A DNA stretch of 64,000 nt from positions 7,616,001-7,680,000 of the forward strand of contig CBDCXR010000004.1 of NCBI GenBank assembly GCA_965223845.1, read 5' to 3'. Source of the DNA: Planctomycetota bacterium. GTDB lineage: Bacteria; Planctomycetota; UBA8108; SXIK01. Below are positions 10,333 through 19,902 of this stretch, one piece after another (position 1 is the stretch's first letter; each line of letters begins with the position of its first letter). A program made the position numbers and the translations under genes. Under the pieces are notes generated by a model that did no database searches, was not told where the DNA came from, and saw only the letters and a program-made list of their open reading frames with translations.

Positions 10333-10439
10333 TTCGCTTGGATCCCTCGTTCACCCTCGTTCTGGGATCGGCGTTTCGAGTCCCGTCCGCCGCAGATGAG
10401 TCTTCGGTGGGCGCAGTAGTCGCGGACTGCGAGCGACGG

Positions 10440-10458
10440 ATGTCACGAAAGTGTCACG
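10440..10458 (+). promoter_or_regulatory. Pho-box/OmpR-family-like tandem direct repeat
   Basis: TGTCAC at 10441 and 10452 (11-bp period; ATGTCACGAAAGTGTCACG), resembling the PhoB box CTGTCAT-N4-CTGTCAY. Confidence 0.3.
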
Positions 10459-11353
10459 AGGGAAGTCCGTCGCCGGCGTGATGCGAACACCGTTTCGTGC
10501 GCCGGTGGCGCTTGCCTGCCGCCGCGCGCGTGTTCGCCTCGGATTCGTGTCGCCGAGTTTCCGGTGAATCGCACACGGTGTTGCACGGTCATACATCGTG
10601 TGCCCGCGAAGCCCCGATGCGGAGGAGTTGCCGGTGCGAGTCGGCCTGCGCGCGCCGTTCGATCTCGACTTTGATCGAGGACGTAAGTCTCTCAATGGCA
10701 CGTGCTTGCGCGGGGCTCGAGCGTTCGCGATTCGCGTGACGTTCGAGCGATTTCAGAATTCGACGGAAAAAATACTGCAACGGGTACGGTCTTTGCGCGT
10801 CAAAGGAGATGAGAGAAGGGCTGAGAACGGACATCTCGGAGGAGGAAACGATGCGCGATCGATGTCGATCGACTTTCGCGGTTGCCGAGCGTGGTGAGAC
10901 GCTCGAATCGTTCGGCGCGCGAGACGGAGTTCGTGATCGTTCCGTGACGGGAAGTCTGTTCACTCGAGTGTGCGGAATCGGTGGCCTGATCGAGACAAGG
11001 ACCGGCCGCCGACGACCGCTGCATATGGAAACGATCGCGGAGTGGTTCGTGAACGACCAGCGACAAATCGCGAGCTCGATTCGGACAAATGTACTGTCGG
11101 ATCGGGCGGCACCGGACGTTCGAGCTTGTGCGCAAGCTGCGCGCACGTCGAGGTGTCGCGGCGATGAGCGCAATCTCGTTCGTTCGCACCGCGAATCTTT
11201 CGGAGGCGGTTCACGAATCGGTCGCGGTCGGGGTACTCCCCCGGTGCGGGAACGATTCGATCTCGCGACTCGTTCTGTAGATCAGAACGTCGAACGTGGG
11301 GTGGGCCGTCGAACCACACCGACTCAAGTGCCCTCTCGATAAAGGCGACGACC

Positions 11354-12580
11354 ATGACGACCTCAACGAAAACAAAACCTTCGAATCCGAAAGTGCCTCG
11401 GACCGAATCTGGAAGTCGCGCTCTCTCCCTGACCGATCTCGAAATCCCCGTTCGACCTCTCCTCACGCGCGACCAAGAAATCAACAGCGGGACGAGGGTG
11501 CGCTCGGCGCTTCGTCGTCTCGCGGAGCTTCTTCCTCGGCACCCCGTCGGCTATCGGCGCTTCCTCGGCCGAATGCAGGAAGTCTCCGAGGGCGGAACGC
11601 TCATGTTCACCTGGCTGTCGCTCCGCGAACGGATCCAGGCGGACTACGCAAAGGCTCTACGCGCTCTCTCTCGCGCGGAGTCTCTCGTCGAATCCGATCA
11701 CCGGAAGGCGCTCGCTGCGTACGAACGTGGCGTGAAGGTCTTGCGCACGTATCCTCTCGACCCCGAGACGCTCTATCAGTGGAGCCGCCAGGTGAGCGGA
11801 GGCAAGCAGGACCTCGGGCCTCTCGGTGCCTCGCCGCGGCTCCAGAAGATCGCACGCGTTCTCAAGAGGGTCGTCGACGTGGTCGAGCGCGAGCGCGAGG
11901 AGATGGTCCTCCCGAATTTCCGTCTCGTCCTCAAGGAGGTCTTTCGCTACCACCCGACGGGGATGCGGCGGAGCGATCTCTTTCAAGAGGGCCTCGTCGG
12001 TCTCCAAAAGGCGGTCTTCCGCTACGACGCGAGGCGCGGGATCCGCTTCTCAACCTACGCGACGTATTGGATCCGCCAGGCGATTCGGAAGGCGCTCATC
12101 GACAAGTCTCGCATGATCCGGGTTCCGCAGGCGATCCAGGAAGAGCTTCGCAAAGAAACGCCGTCCCTCAAGCACGGTGAGGCCGACCGCGTGAAGCGGA
12201 TCCTTTCCGATACGGTCCTTTTTTCCGCCGGTGAATCGAGCGAGGCGGACGACCGCTTCTCGTTCGACGTCCGCGACGAAGCGCCGCCGGCAGGGTTCGT
12301 GCGCTCGCTCCACACCGGCCGCATTCCGCGCGCGGTGGGCGAGGCACTCGAGACGCTTCCCAATCGCGAGCGCGACGTGATCCAGCGGCGGTTCGGCCTT
12401 CTCGGAGATCGTCCTCAGACTCTCGAAGAAATCGGCAATCACCTGCAGCTTTCGCGCGAGCGCATTCGCCAAATCGAGCGCGAGGCGCTCGAGCGGATGC
12501 GGCGGGTCAATCAGCTTCTGGAAGTCTACGAAGACCTCGACGTGGTCGAGGGCGCTTCGAACGTTCTCACCCGAAACTGA
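11354..12580 (+). CDS. RpoD/RpoS-like (group 2-type) sigma-70 factor, atypical
   Basis: Region 1.2 PLLTRDQE, region 2 DLFQEGLVGLQKAV...RFSTYATYWIRQAI, and region 4 RRFGL...TLEEIG..LQLSRERIRQIE. No region 1.1. Confidence 0.93.
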   Translation: MTTSTKTKPSNPKVPRTESGSRALSLTDLEIPVRPLLTRDQEINSGTRVRSALRRLAELLPRHPVGYRRFLGRMQEVSEGGTLMFTWLSLRERIQADYAKALRALSRAESLVESDHRKALAAYERGVKVLRTYPLDPETLYQWSRQVSGGKQDLGPLGASPRLQKIARVLKRVVDVVEREREEMVLPNFRLVLKEVFRYHPTGMRRSDLFQEGLVGLQKAVFRYDARRGIRFSTYATYWIRQAIRKALIDKSRMIRVPQAIQEELRKETPSLKHGEADRVKRILSDTVLFSAGESSEADDRFSFDVRDEAPPAGFVRSLHTGRIPRAVGEALETLPNRERDVIQRRFGLLGDRPQTLEEIGNHLQLSRERIRQIEREALERMRRVNQLLEVYEDLDVVEGASNVLTRN

Positions 12581-12658
12581 GGTTTCGTCCTTCGGCGACT
12601 TTCCACGACCAAGGAATCCCCAAACCCGACCCAATCCGAAACCCTCCCCATCTCTCTG

Positions 12659-12713
12659 GAAGCGGCGTCGAGTTCCCCCTGGACCCGGGAACCGGCGCCG
12701 CTTCTTCTTTTTT
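12659..12713 (+). terminator. Rho-independent terminator after the sigma factor gene
   Basis: Stem GAAGCGGCGTCG-AGTTCCC/GGGAAC-CGGCGCCGCTTC followed by TTCTTTTTT. Confidence 0.75.
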
Positions 12714-12950
12714 GCGAAGGCTCGATCGATCGGTAGCGCGGGGTCGACATCTCGCGTGTCTTGATGACGCGTTCCCGCGGCGATGAGTCGGGCTCCCGTT
12801 CCCGCGGAGCGAGAGATACCGGTGGTCCCGTGACTCGTCCGTATCGCTCTCGAGCGAGGTCGTGATAGGGTTCGTTCGGCCTAGGCGATCCAAGGCGCCC
12901 TGGCGGAGCGATCTCGGGCGAGATCCCCGCGCTGAACCGGAGAGAAGGCG

Positions 12951-14318
12951 ATGGTTGTCGTGTATACCGCGAGCTGGGTTCTCCCCGTTTCGTCGCCGCC
13001 CATCGCGGACGGTGCCGTCGTCGTTGACGGCGGGACGATCGTTCGTGTCGGTCGGGCGGCGGACGTTCTCGCTGACGGCGACAACGCAGCGGATTCGCAC
13101 GTCGAACTGCCCGACTGCGCCCTCCTCCCCGGATTCGTCAACGTCCACACCCATGTCGAGCTAACGCTTCTCCGCGGGCTCTGTGAGGAGTCGGACTTCT
13201 TCCCGTGGATCCGGCGTCTCACCCGCATCAAATACGAATGCGCGAGCGAAGCGAGCTTCGCGATCGGAGCCCGTTGGGGCATTGTCGAGGCGCTTCGAGG
13301 AGGGACGACGACCATCGGTGACGCGTCGGACCGCGGTGTCGTCCTAGATGCGATGATCGAGACGGGACTCCGAGGGATCGCCTACGCCGAGCTCTTCGGG
13401 CCCGATCCGCGGGACGCGGCGGACCGAATCGGCGCGTATCGCGGCGAGCTCGAGCATAGCTGCGCGCGCGCCACGGAGCGCGTTCGCCCCGGCGTGTCGC
13501 CGCATGCGCCGTACACGGTCTCCGGCGCGCTGTTCATTCGTGCCGTCGAACTCGCGCGGGAGCTCGGTCTGCCACTCTCGATCCACGCTGCGGAGTCGGT
13601 GGCCGAGACGGACTTCGTCGTCCGGGGAGTCGGCCCGTTTGCCGATCTCCTCGCGGGGCGGGGGATCGCCGTCACGCCGCGAGACGTGTCTCCCGTCCGT
13701 TATCTGCACGATCTCGGAGTCCTTCGCGCGAAGCCGCTCCTCGTCCACGGGATCCGCACGGACTCGGACGACTGGGAGCTCATCGGCGAGAGCGGCGCGC
13801 GGCTCGCTCACTGCCCGCGGTCGAACGCGAAGCTCGGTCACGGGATCGCACCTCTCTCGGAGTGGGCAACGCGCGGGATTCCGCTCGGGCTCGGAACGGA
13901 CAGCGTCGTGAGCAACAACGCGTGCGACATGCTGAGCGAGGCGCGGACGATGTGCCTTCAGCAGCGCGCGCGAACAGACCGGCCTGGTCCGCCGCCGACC
14001 GCGCGGGACGCGCTCCGCATCGCCACTTTGGGCGGGGCGGAGGCGCTCGGCATGTCCAGCGAGATCGGGAGTCTCGAGGTCGGGAAGAAGGCGGACCTCA
14101 TCGCGGTCGATCTGTCCGCGCCCGCGATCCGCCCGGTCCACGATGTCGAGACTGCGATCGTGTTCGGCGCGTCCGGTCGAGATGTTCGCCTCGCGGTGGT
14201 CGACGGTCGCGCTCTCCTTCGCGACGGCCGAGTCGAGACCGTCGACGAAGAGGCCCTCCGGATCGAGGTGGACGAGCACGCACGGGCCCTTCGCGCCGCT
14301 GCGGCTGAGCTCGCTTGA
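12951..14318 (+). CDS. Metal-dependent amidohydrolase (MTA/SAH or aminodeoxyfutalosine deaminase-like)
   Basis: PGFVNVHTHVE (HxH), SPHAPYTVS, IHAAES, HCPRSNAKL, GLGTDS and GSLEVGKKADL motifs. Confidence 0.9.
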   Translation: MVVVYTASWVLPVSSPPIADGAVVVDGGTIVRVGRAADVLADGDNAADSHVELPDCALLPGFVNVHTHVELTLLRGLCEESDFFPWIRRLTRIKYECASEASFAIGARWGIVEALRGGTTTIGDASDRGVVLDAMIETGLRGIAYAELFGPDPRDAADRIGAYRGELEHSCARATERVRPGVSPHAPYTVSGALFIRAVELARELGLPLSIHAAESVAETDFVVRGVGPFADLLAGRGIAVTPRDVSPVRYLHDLGVLRAKPLLVHGIRTDSDDWELIGESGARLAHCPRSNAKLGHGIAPLSEWATRGIPLGLGTDSVVSNNACDMLSEARTMCLQQRARTDRPGPPPTARDALRIATLGGAEALGMSSEIGSLEVGKKADLIAVDLSAPAIRPVHDVETAIVFGASGRDVRLAVVDGRALLRDGRVETVDEEALRIEVDEHARALRAAAAELA

Positions 14319-14350
14319 AGGTCGGCTGCGCGAACGAGCGCGGATCGACC

Positions 14351-14782
14351 TCAGCCGGCGAGTCCCGCCCCTTCCCGAGATCTCGCATCCACTCCGCCGC
14401 TCGGCTCGAACGCGATCGGTGCCTTAGGCGGAAAATCGATCGACGCGGGGTCCCAGGGTGGACCGTCCTTGAGCACGCTCGTCGCGGTCCAGAACATCGG
14501 CGCGTCGCGGAGCTTTCCCCCGCGCTCCTGGATGCGCTCGACCGCGAAGCGGTACATGCACTTCGCCTTCTCTTTTTGCGAAAGCGTCGCCCATCCCCCG
14601 CGCGCGGCGAGATCGCGACTCAGGCGGACCTCGGTCCAAAACGCGTGATCCTGTCCGACCGGGAGCCCCGCGCTCCGATGGCTCTCCGGCGTGAGGCTGA
14701 AGAGAAAAAGCGCGACGACGTCACTGTCCTTATCCGGACGGATGAAGCGGTGCCGATGGTACTCGAGGATCTGATTGGACAC
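14351..14782 (-). CDS. Hypothetical protein (143 aa)
   Basis: GTG start preceded by GGAGG, TAGAAT further upstream, and protein-like composition unlike the Arg-rich shadow frames. Confidence 0.7.
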   Translation of the reverse strand: MSNQILEYHRHRFIRPDKDSDVVALFLFSLTPESHRSAGLPVGQDHAFWTEVRLSRDLAARGGWATLSQKEKAKCMYRFAVERIQERGGKLRDAPMFWTATSVLKDGPPWDPASIDFPPKAPIAFEPSGGVDARSREGAGLAG

Positions 14783-14960
14783 CGGCGGCGACCTCCGTGA
14801 GATGCGGGCGTGGTTCGAAGAAGCGGGATTCTAACCCGGAGCTCTCGCCGGATTCCACTGCCGTTGGGAGACGCGAATCGAGCATCGGATGCGCCGCCGC
14901 TCCCCCCCGTTTCCGTCCGTGACCTGGATCTGAGACCCGAGATCCGCGACGGCTGCCCGG

Positions 14961-16334
14961 CTAGATCCCGAGCGCGCTCGCGCGCTCGCGCTGCCACGTC
15001 TCGACGTCTTCGGCGCTGACGTGTTCCCAATTCCAAAGCGCCCAGTTGATGCAGGCGATGAGATCCTCCGCCGACTCGAGCCCGATGCCCAGTCGAACGA
15101 GTCGATCCCATCCGCACCTCTCGAGCTCGTCCGTCGGGGCGAAGTACTCCGACACGGTGCGGTGGTGGTTGAGCTTCGTCGCGAGCCCGTCGAAGCTGAG
15201 CGCGTACCGCGGGAGGACGGTCGTCGCGAGGACGTCGGCGAAGTGGCGGGTGTCTTCTTCGTTCGCTCCACCGACGCGGAAGGAGAGGAGCGCGCCCGGA
15301 TGCGTGTACTGGGCGTCGATGATCGCGCGATCGGGATGCGAAGGGACACTCGGGTGGAACACCTCCTTTACGAGGGGGTGGCCGCCGAGAAACGCAGCGA
15401 CCGCACTCGCCGTGCGCGAGCGAGAGACGAAGCGAGATTCGGCGTGCTCGAGGCCGCTGAGGAGAGCCTCCGACCGTCGCCAATCGAGCATGCCGCCGCG
15501 GGTCGCCTGAAGGTCCATGGCCTCGTTGAGCAGATCGATGCGGTTCGACGCGATGTAGCCCCACATGTCGCGGTCCTGGCCGCCGAGGGCTTTCGTTCCG
15601 CTCGCGACGACGACATCGATTCCCTCGCGATCGAGGAGCGGTTTCTTGAGCGACCACGGCGTTGCGATCGTGTCGTCGACGACCATCCGGAGTCGCGGCG
15701 CGCGGTCTGCGCGCCACCGAACGACGAGATCGCTCAAGCGATCGAGATCCAGCGCCCGACCGAGGGGATTCGTGAACGTCTCGGCGAAAACGAGCGTCGT
15801 TTCCGGCTGGATCGCAGCCTCGAGCGAATCGAGATCGCCGTCGTCGAAGACGTCGAATCGTGCGCCGATGCGACCCGCGGTCCACTCGAAGTGTTTTTTC
15901 GTCTTGTTGTAGACCTGCCGGGCGATCACTCCGTGGGCGCCCGGCGTGAAGAGCGTGTCGATGACGAGCGCACAGGCCTGCATGCCGCAGTCGGTGAGGA
16001 TCGCGCCCGCGGCGTGCTCGAGCTCGCGCACGGCGCGAATGAGCTCGCGTGTCGCGGCGACGCCGTAGCGCCCGTAGACTTGGGGCAGCTCCGACCAGCA
16101 CTCCTCGCCCATGAACATCGCGGCGGCCTTGCTCTCCTGCCAGTCGATCATGCGTTTCGAGCCGAGGAGGTCGACCTGCACCGTGGGACCCGAGGGGTGG
16201 AGGTACGGGACGCGGTGCTTTCGGATCGAGGCGTCGATCGACTCGTGGAGTTCCCGCGTGAGGGGGGACATGTCGGCGATGGCGGGGCGCTCGGCCGGGC
16301 AGCGGGAAGGGTCGAGATAGTCCTGGATGCCCAT
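14961..16334 (-). CDS. Divergent Cys/Met-metabolism PLP-dependent enzyme (cystathionine lyase/synthase family)
   Basis: YGRYG, CGMQA, ETFTNP, VDDTIATP, SGTKALGG (PLP Lys) and LVRLGIGLE motifs. Confidence 0.85.
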   Translation of the reverse strand: MGIQDYLDPSRCPAERPAIADMSPLTRELHESIDASIRKHRVPYLHPSGPTVQVDLLGSKRMIDWQESKAAAMFMGEECWSELPQVYGRYGVAATRELIRAVRELEHAAGAILTDCGMQACALVIDTLFTPGAHGVIARQVYNKTKKHFEWTAGRIGARFDVFDDGDLDSLEAAIQPETTLVFAETFTNPLGRALDLDRLSDLVVRWRADRAPRLRMVVDDTIATPWSLKKPLLDREGIDVVVASGTKALGGQDRDMWGYIASNRIDLLNEAMDLQATRGGMLDWRRSEALLSGLEHAESRFVSRSRTASAVAAFLGGHPLVKEVFHPSVPSHPDRAIIDAQYTHPGALLSFRVGGANEEDTRHFADVLATTVLPRYALSFDGLATKLNHHRTVSEYFAPTDELERCGWDRLVRLGIGLESAEDLIACINWALWNWEHVSAEDVETWQRERASALGI

Positions 16335-16678
16335 GGTGTTCTCGCGGGAACCGTGCTGAGAGGAACGGGGCGGTTACAAAAGGGGCCACATAATAACCGG
16401 TCGCCGGAGAACTCGGACGGGGGAATCGCGCGGGGCATTCGATCTCTTCCGCGGACGCGTTGGAAGCCACAGATTCTGCGGCATCGCGTCGATTTCATCT
16501 GAATGCAGAGCCTGCGAGAGACGAGATCCGGATCGGGACTTTTGCGCGGCGGGGCTGGCGAGTATGTTCGTCCGGACGACGCCTCGCCCGCGTTCGCCGC
16601 CGACGGCTAGGGACCGCTCAGCCACGTCCGCCGCGCGTCCGTTCGAAGCGCCCTCAAACCGACACCGATACCGAAACG

Positions 16679-19600
16679 ATGACTGAACTAGCGAAGACCT
16701 ACGAACCGACCGCCGTCGAGGCCGAGATCCTCGACCGCTGGGCCGAGACATCGGCGTTCGACGCCGATCCGAACGCCGCCGGCGATCCGTTCTGCATCGT
16801 GATTCCGCCGCCGAATGTGACCGCCGCGCTCCACATGGGCCACGCGCTCAACAATACGCTCCAGGACGTCCTCGTCCGCTGGCGTCGCATGGAAGGACGG
16901 AACACCCTCTGGATGCCGGGCACGGACCATGCGGGAATCGCGACGCAAACCGTTGTCGAGAAGCGGGTTCTTCAGGAGGAGGGGCGACGGCGCACCGATT
17001 TCACTCGAGAAGCGTTCGTCGCGAAGATTCAGACCTGGAAGGACGAGTACGAGGCGACGATCACCGAACAGCTCCGGCGCATGGGCTGTTCGTGCGATTG
17101 GCGACGCCAGCGATTCACGATGGACCCCGTCTGCGTCGCTGCCGTGCGCGAGGCGTTCTACCGCCTCTTTCGCGACGGCCTCATCTATCGGGGGAAGCGG
17201 CTCGTCCACTGGGATCCCGTCACGATGACGGCGCTCGCCGACGACGAGGTCGAGATGGAGGAGATCGACGGCTCGTTTTGGTACCTCCGCTACCCTCTCG
17301 AGACGCCGGTCGAGCACGCCGGCGAGACGATCGACTCGGTTGTCGTCGCGACGACGCGTCCGGAGACGATGCTCGGTGATACCGCCGTCGCGGTGAACCC
17401 GCGCGATCCGCGGGCGGCTGCGCTTCGCGGAGCTCGCGTGCGATTGCCGATCGTCGGGCGACTGATTCCCATCGTCGAGGACGAGTACGTCGTTCTTCCC
17501 GACCCCGAGAGCACGGACGAAAAGGCTCGGTTTTCCTCCGGCTTCCTCAAAGTGACTCCCGCCCACGATCCGAACGACTGGGAGATCGGGCAGCGATTCG
17601 ACCTCCCCGTGATCAACGTGATGGCGGAGGACGCATCGATCAGCCGCGATCACGGCTGGCCGGAGGAGGAGTTCGACTCCGGTCGAGCCGCGGACGCCGA
17701 AGCGCTTCTAGGCCTCAGTCGGGAGGACGCGCGCGCCAAAATCGTCGAGTGGTTCGAGCGTGAGGGCCTCCTCGTCGAGGTGAAACCCTACCGCCATTCG
17801 GTGGGGCACAGCTATCGCTCGCACGTGCCGGTCGAGCCGTACCTGAGCGACCAGTGGTACGTGAAGGTGACCGACGAGCGCCTCGCCGGCGCCGCGCTTC
17901 GGGCGATCGCGGAGGACCAGCGCGCGCCGAGTGACGGATGTACCTGGAAGGACGGCTCGAGCTTCGCGTCCGCAGGCGACGCATGGGAGGGCGGCCTGCG
18001 TTTCCACCCGGCCCGCTACGGCAAGGTGTTTCAGGCTTGGCACGAGAATCTCCGCGACTGGTGCATCAGCCGCCAGCTCTGGTGGGGACATCGCATCCCG
18101 GTCTGGAGCGCTCCGGCGGAAACCGAGTTCGACGGCTCACCGTTCGGCGATCGACTCGCTGAGCAGTTGATCGGCGACTCGCGCTACATCTGCGTGCGGA
18201 GTGCGGACGACGCGGCTGCGATCGAGGCCGTCGAGTCGGCCGGTTATTGTCGAGACGAGGATGTCCTCGACACCTGGTTCAGCTCCGGTCTCTGGCCGAC
18301 GAGCACGATGGGCTGGCCGAACCCAGAAGCGTTCCCGAGCGAATTCCCCGAGGGCGCGCGTTTGCTCGAACGCTGGAATCCGGGGAGCGTCCTCTGCACC
18401 GCGCGCGAGATCATCACGCTCTGGGTGTCGCGCATGGTGATGTTCAACATCTACTTTCGCGACTGCCTTCCGTTCTCGGACGTGTTCATCCACGCCATGA
18501 TCCAGGACGGGGAAGGGCAGAAGATGTCGAAGAGCCTCGGCAACGGCGTCGATCCGCTCGACATCATCCACAGCCACGGAGCGGACGCGATGCGGTTCAC
18601 GCTCGCGTCGATGAGCACCGACACGCAAGACGTGCGCATGCCCGTCGACACGGTGTGTCCCCACAGCGGCGAGACGTTCAAACCGAAGATGATGACGAAC
18701 AAGGCGGGGTACCGCGTCGCCGCGCCCGTGCAGGATTCCCCGGGGAAGAAGGGGAAGAAGATGGTCACGTCCTACGGCATCGCCTCCGGCGAAGCGCAGG
18801 CGAGCGACGATCTTCCTCTCGCGCGCAACACGAGTTCGAAATTCGATTTTGGTCGCAACTTCGCGAACAAGATTTGGAACGCGGTTCGCTTCGCGCTCGG
18901 AAACCTCGAGTCGAGCGGCGCGTCGTCCGCCAACGCTGCGACGGACGAGCTCGGACTCGCGGATCGGTGGATTCTGTCGCGACTCGCCGCGGTGATCGAT
19001 GACGCGAGCGGCGCGCTCGGTCGCTACGAGTTCAGTTCGTACGCGCAGCATCTCTACGACTTCGCGTGGCGCGATTTTTGTGACTGGTACATCGAAGCGG
19101 TGAAGCCGACCGTCCGAGAGAACGCGACGCAGCGGAACGTGCTCGCCGTTTCGATCGACGCTCTGCTTCGACTGCTCCATCCGGTGATGCCCTTCATCAC
19201 GGAGCGCCTCTTTGAGCGCTTGAATGGAGTCGTGCCGGAGCGCGGGGTCGCGGGATTGGAGCTCCATTCGAGCGAAGATCTCGTGCGCGCGCGCTGGCCC
19301 GTCGCTGCGGCGGCGCTGCGAAGGGAATCCGACGAGACCGAATTCTCCGCGGTTCGCGACTACGTGACCGCGCTCCGAGAAGTGCGGACGACGCACAAAG
19401 TGCCGCCACGCGAGGCCGTACGGTTTTCCGCGCGCGCTCCCGCCGCCGCCCGCGATCTCCTCGAGAATCATCGCGCTCTCGTTCAGACCCTCGCTGGCGC
19501 GACGGTCTCCGCCATCGGTCCGGACGTCGAGCGACCGGCGAACTCCGCGGCGACGACCGTCGGCGAAGTCGAGCTCTACGTCCACGATCTCGTGGACGCC

Positions 19601-19801
19601 GAAGCCGAGAAGGAGCGACTCGAGCGACGCCTCGCCGACTTGCGGAAGAGCGTTTCGACGCTCGGCGGACGTCTCGCCAATCGGAGCTACGTCGAGAAGG
19701 CGCCTCCTCACCTCGTCGAGCAATCGAAAGAGCAACTCGAGGACGCGAAGAAGGAAGCCGCGCTCGTCGAGCAGCAGCTTGCCGCGATCGGCTCGGAATG
19801 A
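16679..19801 (+). CDS. valS: Valine--tRNA ligase
   Basis: IPPPNVT, HMGH (HIGH), GTDHAGIATQ, ATTRPETMLGD, DWCISRQLWWGH, DTWFSS, KMSKS and a C-terminal coiled coil. Start placed at ATG 16679 (MTELAKTY). Confidence 0.97.
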   Translation: MTELAKTYEPTAVEAEILDRWAETSAFDADPNAAGDPFCIVIPPPNVTAALHMGHALNNTLQDVLVRWRRMEGRNTLWMPGTDHAGIATQTVVEKRVLQEEGRRRTDFTREAFVAKIQTWKDEYEATITEQLRRMGCSCDWRRQRFTMDPVCVAAVREAFYRLFRDGLIYRGKRLVHWDPVTMTALADDEVEMEEIDGSFWYLRYPLETPVEHAGETIDSVVVATTRPETMLGDTAVAVNPRDPRAAALRGARVRLPIVGRLIPIVEDEYVVLPDPESTDEKARFSSGFLKVTPAHDPNDWEIGQRFDLPVINVMAEDASISRDHGWPEEEFDSGRAADAEALLGLSREDARAKIVEWFEREGLLVEVKPYRHSVGHSYRSHVPVEPYLSDQWYVKVTDERLAGAALRAIAEDQRAPSDGCTWKDGSSFASAGDAWEGGLRFHPARYGKVFQAWHENLRDWCISRQLWWGHRIPVWSAPAETEFDGSPFGDRLAEQLIGDSRYICVRSADDAAAIEAVESAGYCRDEDVLDTWFSSGLWPTSTMGWPNPEAFPSEFPEGARLLERWNPGSVLCTAREIITLWVSRMVMFNIYFRDCLPFSDVFIHAMIQDGEGQKMSKSLGNGVDPLDIIHSHGADAMRFTLASMSTDTQDVRMPVDTVCPHSGETFKPKMMTNKAGYRVAAPVQDSPGKKGKKMVTSYGIASGEAQASDDLPLARNTSSKFDFGRNFANKIWNAVRFALGNLESSGASSANAATDELGLADRWILSRLAAVIDDASGALGRYEFSSYAQHLYDFAWRDFCDWYIEAVKPTVRENATQRNVLAVSIDALLRLLHPVMPFITERLFERLNGVVPERGVAGLELHSSEDLVRARWPVAAAALRRESDETEFSAVRDYVTALREVRTTHKVPPREAVRFSARAPAAARDLLENHRALVQTLAGATVSAIGPDVERPANSAATTVGEVELYVHDLVDAEAEKERLERRLADLRKSVSTLGGRLANRSYVEKAPPHLVEQSKEQLEDAKKEAALVEQQLAAIGSE

Positions 19802-19902
19802 CGAGAGAAGGACTCGTCTCGATCGTGCTCGGGCAGGGCCGGCGTTCCCCGCGCCGCGGGGAGCGGTAGCTCCCGCCTCGCGTTTGTGTGAGAATCGCGA
19901 AC

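Noticed and set aside
10696-10711. TGGCAC-GTGC-TTGC, resembling a sigma54 -24/-12 promoter
   Set aside because: The GG-to-GC spacing is 9 nt, not the strictly required 10.
10589-11342. ORFs 10589-11173 (-) and 10809-11342 (+) in the large intergenic region
   Set aside because: Arg/Ser-rich, non-protein-like translations with no motif.
16335-16678. Possible T-box (valS) or SAM riboswitch (transsulfuration gene) in the divergent spacer
   Set aside because: No T-box UGGNACC bulge or SAM-I/II core sequence is visible on either strand.
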